Shown piece after piece: positions 31,938 through 42,428 of a stretch of DNA of 64,000 bases. Every line of letters begins with the position of its first letter. Position 1 is the first letter of the stretch. The DNA is from an uncultured Planctomycetaceae bacterium (GTDB lineage Bacteria; Planctomycetota; Planctomycetia; Planctomycetales; Planctomycetaceae). Location: positions 672,001 through 736,000 of the forward strand of contig CAWFGE010000013.1 of NCBI GenBank assembly GCA_963815195.1, given 5' to 3'. The position numbers were made by a program, and so were the translations under genes. The notes beneath the pieces are model-generated. The model ran no database searches, had not been told where the DNA came from, and saw only the letters and a program-made list of their open reading frames with translations.

Positions 31938-33695
31938 ATGAAATCGACCATCCCATATTCTGTCCTGCTAATCGGGATTCTCTTGGCGGGGAACACAGTT
32001 TTGGCGGCTGAAGAAACGGCGCATGCAGAGCATCCCAATGTGCTGTTCATTGCGGTGGATGATCTTCGGCCGTCGATCGGTTGTTACGGAGACCCGCACG
32101 CGATCACGCCGAATCTCGACCGGTTGGCCAAACGGGGCGTGCGTTTTACGCGGGCTTATTGCCAGGTGGCGGTTTGCAATCCGTCGCGGGCGAGTTTGCT
32201 GACCGGGCAACGGCCCGACCAACTTGGCGTCTGGACATTGCCCATCCACTTTCGGGAAGCGCAGCCCGATGCGGTCACGCTGCCGCAATGGTTTCGCAAA
32301 TTCGGATACACCGCGATCAGTCATGGAAAGATCTTCCATAACCCCACGCCCGACCCGCAATCCTGGAGCGAACCGATTCGCCCAGGGCCTGCCCTCAAAT
32401 CGCCTTACCCGGAAGGGACGGCCGAGCAAATCCGGGCTGTTCAAAAAACGCTGCCCGCCACCGATTGGCGAAAGAACAATCTCCGCGGTCCCAGCTCGGC
32501 GGCTCCCGACGTTGATGACAATGAACTTCTCGATGGCGCGCGAACGCAGATGGCGATTGAAGATCTCAGGCGGCTCGGAAAACGAGGCCAACCGTTTTTT
32601 CTCGCGATGGGCTATATTCGGCCGCATCTTCCGTGGATTGCCCCCAAAAAATACTGGGACCTCTTCGACCCGGCGAAACTTCCCGTGATCAGCGACGGCC
32701 ATGTGACGCCGAACACGCCGGCTTATGCTCTGTCGAACAGTTACGAGCTGACGCATTACGTCGATTTGATCGACTTCCCCAAACCGTGGGATGAGAAACG
32801 GATCGATGAGAAACTCGCCCGCCGGTTGATGCACGCTTATTATGCCAGTGCATCCTACGTCGATGCGCTCCTTGGCCAACTTTTGGATGCCCTCGATGAA
32901 GAAGGCCTGGCGGAGAACACAATCATCGTGCTGTGGAGCGATCATGGATGGAAACTGGGTGAGTTCCACGGGTGGGGCAAGATGACCAATTACGAAATCG
33001 ACACCCGCGTCCCCTTAATCATCGCCGCTCCCGGTTTGAAGACCAGGGGACAAGCTTCGGACGAATTGGCGGAGCTCGTGGATTTGTTTCCCACGCTCTG
33101 CGATTTGGCGGGCATCGACATTCCGGATTTTGCCCAAGGCTCGAGCTTGCTTCCGAACCTCAAGGATGTGGGCGTGAAGGTCAACGACGCCGCATTTAGT
33201 CAATACTACCGCAACTGGGAAGGCAAAGAATACATGGGTTATGCCATCCGGACGGACTCGCACCGTTTCGTGGAATGGCGGGAATTCGAGACGGGCCGGC
33301 CCACGGCGCGGGAGCTTTACGATCATCGCGAAAATCACGCGGAGACGAAAAACATCGCCGAGTCGGCACCGTCCGAACTCTTGGACCGGCTGACGGCTCA
33401 ACTTTTGAAATCGCACCCCCGCCGAGAATTGCGGATGACGCCCGCGGTGCATTCCAACCCAAACCCCGGCCGCTGGCCGGCGGACATTTCCTTCGCGAAC
33501 AAGACGCAGACCGTGGCGCTGATTTATCCGATAACGCCCCAAGGCCGACGCGGGCGGGAGTTCGAGCTCCAGCCGGGCAAAAAGATCACCATCAAAGCCC
33601 GCATCGGCGGCGTGTTCGTCGTGGAAAGCCGGGACGGAACAATTCACCAAATCCACTCGCCCTCTTTCCCCCCACGCACCGTTGTTCTTGAATAA
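31938..33695 (+). CDS. Sulfatase (iduronate-2-sulfatase-like) with extra C-terminal beta domain
   Basis: PNVLFIAVDDLRP, CNPSRASLLTG, GKIFH, RPHLP, WSDHGWKLGE. Confidence 0.92.
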   Translation: MKSTIPYSVLLIGILLAGNTVLAAEETAHAEHPNVLFIAVDDLRPSIGCYGDPHAITPNLDRLAKRGVRFTRAYCQVAVCNPSRASLLTGQRPDQLGVWTLPIHFREAQPDAVTLPQWFRKFGYTAISHGKIFHNPTPDPQSWSEPIRPGPALKSPYPEGTAEQIRAVQKTLPATDWRKNNLRGPSSAAPDVDDNELLDGARTQMAIEDLRRLGKRGQPFFLAMGYIRPHLPWIAPKKYWDLFDPAKLPVISDGHVTPNTPAYALSNSYELTHYVDLIDFPKPWDEKRIDEKLARRLMHAYYASASYVDALLGQLLDALDEEGLAENTIIVLWSDHGWKLGEFHGWGKMTNYEIDTRVPLIIAAPGLKTRGQASDELAELVDLFPTLCDLAGIDIPDFAQGSSLLPNLKDVGVKVNDAAFSQYYRNWEGKEYMGYAIRTDSHRFVEWREFETGRPTARELYDHRENHAETKNIAESAPSELLDRLTAQLLKSHPRRELRMTPAVHSNPNPGRWPADISFANKTQTVALIYPITPQGRRGREFELQPGKKITIKARIGGVFVVESRDGTIHQIHSPSFPPRTVVLE

Positions 33696-34366
33696 AAAAC
33701 CAGCGGCCGCGTTTGATCCTGATCCGTGGAAGCGATTGTCGAGTTGGCAAATGCAGCCGCCGTCTGGCACATTGAGCAAAGCTTCGCGGGCGAGGCGCGG
33801 TAAGAGGATTGAGTTTCGCGTGATGGGATTCAGGGTGAGCGGGAAATCAGGGTTTCGCGTGTTTTTTTGTGTCTCGAAAATGGCTTAATATATCGTTTTT
33901 TGGTGCTTCGCGGTAGTACGTACTACCGCCGATTCTCGGGGGGATTGCCGAGGCTCCGCACGCTGGCGGAAATCACCCACCACGACATCCACACCGCGGC
34001 GTCTATCGGTCGCCATCGATGGGGAAGCACAACCACGACTGGCGGCCGACGACGAAATCCGCACCGCGGCGTCTCTGGTACGGTACTACCACAACACCAA
34101 CCCCACTGTGGAAGAGGCAAACCTACTGAGGCACCCAAACGAAGGAAGGATCACAAAAAGAGCAAAGAGGACGCGGAACCTCAGAAATGGGGCAGCGCGG
34201 TCCGCTGCCTTCGGAACTAGACAATGAGATCACTGTCGGTCTGGCAGAATGAAAGAGGAATCCCGCGAAGCCCACAGCGATTTTCGGAGTGGGCGATGCA
34301 CACACTCGGTGTGGTCTTCATGCCAGCCGATTGAATCCACACAGCTTTTTCCGGTATCCTCAGGGC

Positions 34367-36628
34367 ATGAAGACACACATGCGCTGGGTCGTTTTTTGGC
34401 TTTTTTGCTTCGCGCTGCCAAATCCCGGAGCGGGAGAGGATGCCAGACCCATCCATTTTGAAAAGCAAATTCGCCCGATTCTCACATCGCGTTGTGGTAA
34501 GTGCCACGGTCCGGAAAACCAAAACAGCGACTTGCGGTTGGACGCCAGACACACGGCCCTCAAAGGTGGCGTGAGCGGGAAGGTGATCGTTCCCGGGAAA
34601 AGCTCGGCCAGCGAACTGATCCGACGCATTGAAAACCCGGACGAAGCCGAGCGAATGCCGCCGGAGGGCAAACCGTTATCCAAGGCAGAGATCGGCTTGC
34701 TCAAACGCTGGATCGATGCCGGTGCCCACTGGCCCGAAACAGAGTATGATCGCCAGGCCAGGAGAGATTCTCGACGTGAGCATTGGGCGTTTCAACCGAT
34801 TCAAAAGATTCCGCCCCCAACGGCGTCAGATTCCACCCGTAACCCAGTCGATCAGTTCATTTTCCGAAAACTCAAGGAAAATGGATTGAACTTTTCTCAA
34901 AAGGCTGATCGTCCCACGCTGATTCGTCGGCTCTCGTTGGATTTGCTCGGCTTGCCGCCAACGCCCGAAGAGGTCGAAGATTTTGTAAGCAATACCGCTC
35001 CCGATGCCTATGCCGCGCTCGTGAATCGGATGCTGGCCAGTCCGCGTTACGGCGAGCGCTTTGCACAGCATTGGCTGGATGTGGTGCGCTATGCGGACAC
35101 GCACGGCTTTGAAGTCAATACGCCCCGCGAACATGCCTGGCCCTACCGCGACTACGTCATCCGCTCGTTCAATGAAGACAAACCCTACCGCCAATTCGTG
35201 GTGGAACAACTCGCCGGCGACGCATTTTCCGCAGGTGAGGCAACAGGGTTTCTGGTAGCTGCCGCCGTATTGTTGCCGGGACAGATCGGCAAAGATGAAG
35301 AATCCAAACGACAGGCCCGACAGGACGCATTGGACGAGATCATCGTCGGGACGAGCGCCACGTTTTTGGGACTGACTCTCGGCTGCGCTCGCTGCCATGA
35401 CCACAAGTTCGATCCGATTCCGCAAAGAGATTATTATGCGATGCAGGCGTTTTTCGCCGGTGTCGAGTACGGAGATCGCCCGCTGCGAAACGAAGCCTAC
35501 CGAAAGCGCGTGGCCCGAGCGGAAACATTGGTCCCCCGGATTCAGGAACTGGAATCCCGCTTGCAAAAGTGGGAGCCGATGACGCCCAGCCAGGTAAAGG
35601 CGATCGTCGAAGAGCACGATCGCCTTACGGCACGGCGGGCCGAACTGGTAAAACCGCGGCTGGTGTATGGGGGGGAGTTTCGTGCACCGGATCCGACCTA
35701 TCTGCTTCGTCGTGGCGACCCGGAACAGCGCGTCGAACCGGTCGGGCCGGCTATTCCCCAAGTGTTGGGCGAGTTGAATATTTCTGCCAACGACAGCGAA
35801 CAAGACCGCCGGGTCAAGCTGGCCCGGTGGATGGCTTCGCCGGAGAATCCGTTGACGGCCCGCGTCATGGTGAATCGGATTTGGCAATCCCACTTCGGCC
35901 GGGGCCTCGTGGCGACGCCCAGCGATTTCGGCACCAACGGCATCCGGCCCACCCATCCGGAACTGTTGGATTGGCTCGCCGCGGACTTTATTGAAAGGGG
36001 TTGGTCGATCAAACATCTGCATCGCTTGATCGTCCATTCCCGAACCTATCAACAGCAAAGTGCCCGGCCTAAATCGGCACAGGCGCGCGACGACCGTTGG
36101 CTCTGGCGATTCCCGTCGCGGCGATTGGAAGCCGAGGCCATCCGCGACAGCATGCTCCTCGTCAGCGGCGAGTTGAACGACCAGATGGGCGGTCCCGGCT
36201 TCAACTTCTTCAAAAGCCGAGGCGGTTTGAGCGGCTTTCCCCCCGTGGAGGACTTCGGTCCGAATGAACTTCGCCGGATGATCTATGCCCACAAGGTGCG
36301 GATGGAGACGGTTCCGATCTTTGGCACCTTCGATTGCCCCGACGCCGGACAAGCCATGCCCAAACGCAGGCAATCGACGACAGCCATCCAGGCGCTGAAT
36401 CTGTTCAACAGCCAGTTCGTGATCGACCGGGCCCGCCAATTCGCATCGCGAATCCAAGCGGAAAGCGAAGGCGTTGAGGCACAGGTCAAGACGGCATTTC
36501 GATTGGCTTTGGGGCGGGATCCCGAGAAAACGGAGTTTGTCGCGGCGATCGCCACGACGAAACAACACGGCTTGGAGACGCTGTGCCGGGTTCTGTTTAA
36601 CACCAACGAGTTTCTGTTTCTGCCGTGA
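34367..36628 (+). CDS. Planctomycete cytochrome c / DUF1549 / DUF1553 protein
   Basis: IRPILTSRCGKCHG, EHWAFQP, LIRRLSLDLLGLPP, CARCHDHKFDP, NPLTARVMVNRIW, PTHPELLDWLA. Confidence 0.92.
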   Translation: MKTHMRWVVFWLFCFALPNPGAGEDARPIHFEKQIRPILTSRCGKCHGPENQNSDLRLDARHTALKGGVSGKVIVPGKSSASELIRRIENPDEAERMPPEGKPLSKAEIGLLKRWIDAGAHWPETEYDRQARRDSRREHWAFQPIQKIPPPTASDSTRNPVDQFIFRKLKENGLNFSQKADRPTLIRRLSLDLLGLPPTPEEVEDFVSNTAPDAYAALVNRMLASPRYGERFAQHWLDVVRYADTHGFEVNTPREHAWPYRDYVIRSFNEDKPYRQFVVEQLAGDAFSAGEATGFLVAAAVLLPGQIGKDEESKRQARQDALDEIIVGTSATFLGLTLGCARCHDHKFDPIPQRDYYAMQAFFAGVEYGDRPLRNEAYRKRVARAETLVPRIQELESRLQKWEPMTPSQVKAIVEEHDRLTARRAELVKPRLVYGGEFRAPDPTYLLRRGDPEQRVEPVGPAIPQVLGELNISANDSEQDRRVKLARWMASPENPLTARVMVNRIWQSHFGRGLVATPSDFGTNGIRPTHPELLDWLAADFIERGWSIKHLHRLIVHSRTYQQQSARPKSAQARDDRWLWRFPSRRLEAEAIRDSMLLVSGELNDQMGGPGFNFFKSRGGLSGFPPVEDFGPNELRRMIYAHKVRMETVPIFGTFDCPDAGQAMPKRRQSTTAIQALNLFNSQFVIDRARQFASRIQAESEGVEAQVKTAFRLALGRDPEKTEFVAAIATTKQHGLETLCRVLFNTNEFLFLP

Positions 36629-36637
36629 GATGCGCCG

Positions 36638-38152
36638 ATGACTCCTCATTCTCAATTCGGACCGCAACCGGCCAAGCCGCTGGATGACGTTCTCAGCCAT
36701 CCGGGACGCGGCTATTTGAAGAGACGCGATTTTCTCGCGAACACGGGCACGGCCCTCGGAGCGATCGCTTTGACGCAGTTGCTGGCCGAGGATCGACTGT
36801 TGGCCCGCGAGAAATCCGTGACCCCGGAGATTGATCCCGCCAATCCCCATGCCGCCCGGCGGCCGCATTATCGGGCGAAGGCCAAGAATGTTGTCGTCAT
36901 TTTCTGCGCCGGGGCGTGCAGCCAGTTGGAGACCTGGGACTATAAACCGGAACTCATCAAGCGAGACGGCCAACCGATGCCCGGCGGGCCTGCGGTGACG
37001 TTTCAAGGCCCTGCCGGCAATCTCGCCCGGCCGCAGTATGCTTTTCGGCCACGCGGCGAAAGCGGCAAAATGGTTTCGGATATGATTCCGCACCTCGGAG
37101 AATTGGTCGACGATTTCGCCTTCGTCCACAGTCTGACCAGCAAATCGAACACGCACGGGCCCGCCGAGAATTTTCTTTCCACCGGATTTGTGCAGGATGG
37201 GTTTCCCAGCATCGGCGCCTGGGCGACTTACGCGTTGGGCTCGGAGTGCCGCGATCTGCCGGCGTTCGTGGCCATTCCCGATCCCCGCGGTGTGCCCCAG
37301 GCAAGCGTCAATAACTGGGGCCCGGGATTTTTGCCGGCCGTCTTTCAGGGGACGCCTTGGAGCACGACGCAGCCAATCCAAAACCTGCTGCCGCCCAAAG
37401 GTCTCGGCTGGGAGAAAGACGGCGGTGCCCGTGAATTGCTGCAACTATTGAATCGGGAGCATCTCAAGCGAAATCCCGGCGATACGAACCTCGCGGCCCG
37501 GATTGCGAGTTATGAACTCGCGGCCCGCATGCAACTGTCGGTGCCCGAGGTCAGCGATTTGTCCTCCGAACCTGCGCATCTTCTGAAAATGTACGGGGCG
37601 GACGATCCGAAAGACAAAATTAAGGCGGGCTTCGCCAGGAACTGCATACTTGCGAGACGGCTGATCGAAAAGGGCGTTCGGTTCGTGCAGCTATTTAACG
37701 GGGCCTATGCCAGCGGCGGGGCGCTCAACTGGGACGGCCATCAAAAACTTCGCGAGCAATACGATGTGCATGGCCGGGTGATGGACCAGCCCGCGGCCGC
37801 ATTGATACGCGACCTCCGCCAACGCGGATTGTTGGAAGACACGCTTGTGGTGTGGTGCACGGAGTTCGGGCGGATGCCGATGTTCCAAAAAGGCGCGAAT
37901 GGGCGGGACCATAACCCCAACGGATTCACGGCCGTGCTCGCAGGAGCGGGAATCAAACCGGGCGTGAGCTATGGCATAACGGATGAACTCGGCTTCAAAG
38001 CCGTTGAGAACGTGCTCTCGGTGCACGACCTCAACGCAACCATCTTGCACTTACTCGGGCTGGATCACAAGCGGCTCACCTTCCTGCACAACGGCATCAA
38101 TCGCCGCCTGACCGATGTGCACGGCCACATCATTTCGGAAATCGTGGCGTAG
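36638..38152 (+). CDS. DUF1501 protein (Tat)
   Basis: [47 protein letters not shown]. Confidence 0.92.
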   Translation: MTPHSQFGPQPAKPLDDVLSHPGRGYLKRRDFLANTGTALGAIALTQLLAEDRLLAREKSVTPEIDPANPHAARRPHYRAKAKNVVVIFCAGACSQLETWDYKPELIKRDGQPMPGGPAVTFQGPAGNLARPQYAFRPRGESGKMVSDMIPHLGELVDDFAFVHSLTSKSNTHGPAENFLSTGFVQDGFPSIGAWATYALGSECRDLPAFVAIPDPRGVPQASVNNWGPGFLPAVFQGTPWSTTQPIQNLLPPKGLGWEKDGGARELLQLLNREHLKRNPGDTNLAARIASYELAARMQLSVPEVSDLSSEPAHLLKMYGADDPKDKIKAGFARNCILARRLIEKGVRFVQLFNGAYASGGALNWDGHQKLREQYDVHGRVMDQPAAALIRDLRQRGLLEDTLVVWCTEFGRMPMFQKGANGRDHNPNGFTAVLAGAGIKPGVSYGITDELGFKAVENVLSVHDLNATILHLLGLDHKRLTFLHNGINRRLTDVHGHIISEIVA

Positions 38153-38202
38153 TAACGCGAGAATTGCGAGATTAAGAATCACTCACTTGCAGGCAAATGA
38201 CA

Positions 38203-38874
38203 ATGTGCGGCCGCTACACTCTACGTTCAAATCCAAGTCAGATTGCTTCGACTTTCGGTTTGGATTCCGTTCCCGAGTTGCCGTCCCGGTACAATATTGC
38301 TCCCACTCAGGATGTGGCGGCGGTGAGATTGAGCCACGAATCCGACGGCCGAGAATGGGTCCTGCTCCATTGGGGCCTGATCCCTTCCTGGGCGAAAGAG
38401 GCCAAAATCGGCCATCGGATGATTAACGCACGCGCCGAAACCATCGCCGAGAAGCCCTCGTTCCGCAGTGCCTTCACCAAGCGCCGCTGTTTGATTGTCG
38501 CCGATGGATTCTACGAATGGCAGAAAGTGGATGGCAATAAACAGCCGTACTTCATCCATCGGGCGGACGACGAGCCGTTCGCCTTCGCGGGCTTGTGGGA
38601 ACACTGGAACGCCAAAGGAGAGGAAATCCAATCCTGCACGATCATCACTACGGCGGCAAACGCCTTGATGGAGCCGATTCACGACCGCATGCCCGTGATC
38701 CTCGGCAACAAGGATTGGCCGACCTGGTTGGACGTGGAGTTCAAGGATAAGGATTTGTTGAAAGGCTTATTGAAGCCGTGCGATCCTGACGTGTTGGACG
38801 CCTACCCGATCAGCACGCTCGTCAATAACCCTGGAAACGATGTCGCAAAGTGCATTGAGCGAATCGAACAGTGA
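38203..38874 (+). CDS. SOS response-associated peptidase (SRAP, YedK/HMCES family)
   Basis: N-terminal MCGRY, YNIAPTQ, WGLIPSWAK, INARAET, RRCLIVADGFYEW, IHDRMPVIL. Confidence 0.95.
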   Translation: MCGRYTLRSNPSQIASTFGLDSVPELPSRYNIAPTQDVAAVRLSHESDGREWVLLHWGLIPSWAKEAKIGHRMINARAETIAEKPSFRSAFTKRRCLIVADGFYEWQKVDGNKQPYFIHRADDEPFAFAGLWEHWNAKGEEIQSCTIITTAANALMEPIHDRMPVILGNKDWPTWLDVEFKDKDLLKGLLKPCDPDVLDAYPISTLVNNPGNDVAKCIERIEQ

Positions 38875-38941
38875 ACGACCCCCCTTGAATTTGTCGCCCA
38901 GGAATGGAGCGAGCGGGCAAACGAACTAGCCACATCGGGTC

Positions 38942-39536
38942 ATGCGTCACATGGTGAACCGCACGGACGTGTGGGGCCGGTATGTCCGCAAACGCGGTGT
39001 GGAAGGCCACCAAGCATTGACGGCCCCGTTTAAGGACGAACGCGGAAAAACTTTTTTCGATGAGACCTGCAGAAACATTTCAAGGTTCGATCCGGCAACG
39101 GTGTTCTCGACCTCCATTCGGCATCGGCAGACCAGTCGTCTCGCTGGATGGCATTCGACATTGATCGGCATGATCCCGATGATCTTTCCATTACGCCGTT
39201 GGACACCTTCGGTGCGGCTCGCCAAATCTATGATCGATTAAGATTACTGGGCCTCGACCCGCTGCTGATGGACTCCAGCGGCGTCGGCGGATTACACGTG
39301 CTGGCGATCTTTATGGGGATTGGCTTCAATTGTTCGGTCGGCATCATACGCGGGACCACTCCACCCGCGTCTGGAATGATGAACCCGACATGGAGGATAC
39401 CTGGCGGCGACGCCGCCGCCTCGTCCGCCCGATCTCAGCGGTCAAGTTCTCAACCTCGACGAACGTCCCCAACTTGGCCAGCCGATTTTTTCCTGAACCG
39501 CCAACCGCCGAGCAAACACAAACACTTCCTGCTTGA
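38942..39536 (+). pseudogene. Degraded archaeo-eukaryotic primase (AEP)-like gene remnant
   Basis: Fragments across frames: VNRTDVWGRY; LHSASADQSSRWMAFDID; DSSGVGGLHV; WLQLFGRHHTR. Appears internally deleted and truncated. Confidence 0.55.
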
Positions 39537-39859
39537 GTCGGTCATCCGTGATCCAATCTCCCTAAAATCCCCAACTTCAGAAAATCCCAACGATTTCCCA
39601 CGAGCGCACATTGTGCACATTTCACGCCAACTGCAAAGTGAGGAATGCAGTCGTGATATGGTTTTGGGGACTTTGAGACTTTTCGCGACGTGCGTTTTTC
39701 GCTAGACTTCCCCATACCCTCACCTTTCTGGCGAAACGATTAAGGTGATTTTCGCCTCTCGTGGCCCTTATTCACGAGGGGCAATTTTGGTCCCGGTCGT
39801 GCAAACAATTCCAACCGTCAGCCGGGAAAATGAAGCAAAGCCTGGAAAATCAGATATTC

Positions 39860-39948
39860 GGAGAGATGCCAGAGCGGCCGAATGGGCCGGATTGCTAATC
39901 CGGTGTACGGGGAAACCCGTACCGCGGGTTCGAATCCCGCTCTCTCCG
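39860..39948 (+). tRNA. tRNA-Ser(GCT)
   Basis: Acceptor ggagaga/tctctcc; anticodon arm ccgga-ttGCTaa-tccgg; long variable arm; T-loop ggttcgaatcc; CCA not encoded. Confidence 0.97.
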
Positions 39949-39951
39949 CGT

Positions 39952-39988
39952 ATGCCCCTTGTGCCTCATGTCGCAAGTGGGCATTTTT
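39952..39988 (+). terminator. Probable intrinsic terminator after the tRNA
   Basis: Imperfect stem atgccc.ttg...caag.gggcat followed by a T run. Confidence 0.5.
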
Positions 39989-40072
39989 CGTGGGGTTATG
40001 GCGAGCGGCGACGGCTTAGATAAAAACTCAAACGGAACCAAATCTCAATTCCTGTGGAGGCATGTCGCGGTG

Positions 40073-42248
40073 ATGAATTTGCGGTCGATCATTTCTTCGT
40101 CGATTTGTGGGTTGATGCTGTGGGCCGGCTGGATCCCGGCGGCTTGGGGGCAGGCGGAAGAATCCTGCGCCAGAGACCAGCCTCCCCGCGAAGGAGCGAT
40201 TTCATTTGTTTTTGCTCGTCGGGCAATCCAACATGGCCGGGCGGGGGAAGGTTTCGGAAGAGGACCAAAAGCCCCGCGAGCGGGTGTTGATGCTGAGCAA
40301 AGAGGCAAAGTGGGTTCCCGCCGTCGATCCGTTGCATTTTGACAAGCCCGGCATCGCGGGCGTCGGTTTGGGGCGGAGCTTTGGCCTCGAAATCGCCAAG
40401 GCGCACCCGGACATCACCGTCGGGCTCATTCCCTGCGCGGTGGGCGGGTCGCCGATCTCCAGTTGGGAGCCGGGCCAGTTTTACAAGCCCACGAACAGCC
40501 ATCCGTACGACGATGCCCTCCGCCGGCGCGGGCGGCGTTAAAAGCCGGGACGCTCAAGGGCATCCTCTGGCACCAGGGCGAATCCGATTCCAACCCCAAA
40601 CTGGCCCCGGAGTATGAAGCGAAACTCCACGCGCTCGTCGCCCGCTTCCGCAAGGAACTGGATGCTCCCGACGTGCCGTTCATCCTGGGTCAGATGGGTC
40701 AGTTTGAAGATGTGCCCTGGAGCGATGCCAAGAAGCAAGTCGATGCCGTCCACCGCGAATTGCCCAAGCACGTCCGGAACTCGGCTTTCGTTTCAGCCGA
40801 AGGCCTCTCGCATAAGGGGGATAAAGTCCACTTCAATGCCGAATCCTATCGCGAATTCGGCCGGCGGTTTGCGAAAGCCTATCTGGATCTCGAAAAAGAA
40901 TTGCAACCCGAATCGCAGGTAACCGGCATCGGATCCCGGCGGGAGTTATTTGTCGATCACGCGTTGATCGAACGCATCGAAGGCGCTGCGAAACTCGAAG
41001 TTCAAGAGCCGGCGCCAGAGGAAGTCGTCCTGGTCACAGACCAGCCCTGGGAAGGCAACACGTGCGCGTATTACACGATCTTCCAGGACGGCGATCTCTA
41101 CCGCATGTATTACCGCGGCTCGCATTGGGACGAGAAAACCAAAAAAGCCACTCACCCTGAAGTCACGTGTTATGCCGAGAGCAAAGACGGCATCCATTGG
41201 ACCAAGCCGAATTTGGGGCTCGTGGAATGGGACGGCTCGAAGGCGAACAACATCCTTCTCGACGGCTTGGGCACGCATTGCTTCGTCGCGTTCAAGGATG
41301 AGAACCCGGCCGCGCCCCCCGCAGCCCGCTACAAGGGAATCTCCCGCGGCCGGCCGGTGGGGAAGGCGGGCCTGTATGTGTTCCAGTCGCCGGACGCGAT
41401 TCATTGGTCGCTGATCAAAGACGAGCCGGTGATTACCGAAGGGGCGTTCGATTCGCAGAACCTTGCGTTTTGGGATCCGCTCACGAAAGAATATGTCGAT
41501 TATCACCGCATCTTTGTGGACGGTGTGAGATCGATTATGACTTCGACCTCGAAAGATTTCGTCAACTGGACGAAGCCGGTGCTGCTCAAATATCCGAACG
41601 CCCCCAAGCAGCATCTTTACACGAACGCGGTCCGGCCGTATCCGCGCGCCCCGCATATTCGGATCGGTTTTCCCACGAGGTATTTGCCCCAAGGCAGCCG
41701 GGTGGAGCCGGTGTTCATGGCGAGCCGGGACGGGGTAACGTTTGAGCGATACCAGAAGCCCGTGATCCCGCACCGCCCCCAAGGACCGCGACGGCAACCG
41801 CAGCAACTACATGGCCAACGGACTCATCAAGCTGCCGGGGAACGACCGCGAGTATTCGGTCTTCGGCACCGAAGCCTATTACACCGGCCCGAACAGCCGG
41901 CTTAGGCGGTTCACGTACCGCATGGATGGTTTTGTGGCCTTGGAAGCCTCGCCCCAAGGCGGGGAACTGATCACGAAGCCGATCACGTTCGCGGGCGAAA
42001 ACCTGTTCGTGAACTTCAGAACAAAAGCCGGCGGCGAACTGCGCGTGGAGATTCAGGATCCGTCAGGCCAACCGCTCGAAGGATTCTCACTCGCCGATTG
42101 TCAGCCGCTCTCGGGCGATGAGATCGAACAACCCGTCGCCTGGAACAGCAATGGTGGTCTAAAAAAGCTCGCCGGCCGCCCCATCCGCCTGCGGTTCGTC
42201 CTGAAAGCCGGCGATCTGTATGCCTATCAGTTCCGTCCCGGGCGATAA
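40073..42248 (+). CDS. Sialate O-acetylesterase (SASA/CE6-like) domain fused to a glycosidase-like beta-propeller (frameshifts near 40180, 40527, 41771)
   Basis: Signal peptide; FLLVGQSNMAGRG, IPCAVGGS, ILWHQGESD, DKVHF; then RRELFVD, Asp-box-like ESKDGIHW, QSPDAIHW, TSKDFVNW, SRDGVTF; RMDGFV. Confidence 0.8.
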
Positions 42249-42254
42249 GTCGAC

Positions 42255-42325
42255 AAGAGCCGCGCACGAAGTAAGCGGTCTCAAACGTTCAAATCCCGAG
42301 ACCGCTTACTTCGTGCGCGGCTCTT
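42255..42325. repeat. REP-doublet family A, copy 2
   Basis: aagagccgcgcacgaagtaagcggtctc...gagaccgcttacttcgtgcgcggctctt (perfect arms). Confidence 0.92.
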
Positions 42326-42428
42326 ATGTTTTTGCCACGACGGCGTTTGACATTCTCAGTGCTTCGGAAATCTCCTATCCTCAAGAGAACCAAATTGAAG
42401 TGCATCGAAAACCAACGAGGACGAGGTG

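Noticed and set aside
42347..42381. Sigma70 promoter for hemC (TTGACA)
   Set aside because: The best -10-like hexamer (tatcct) is about 23 nt away, outside the normal spacing.
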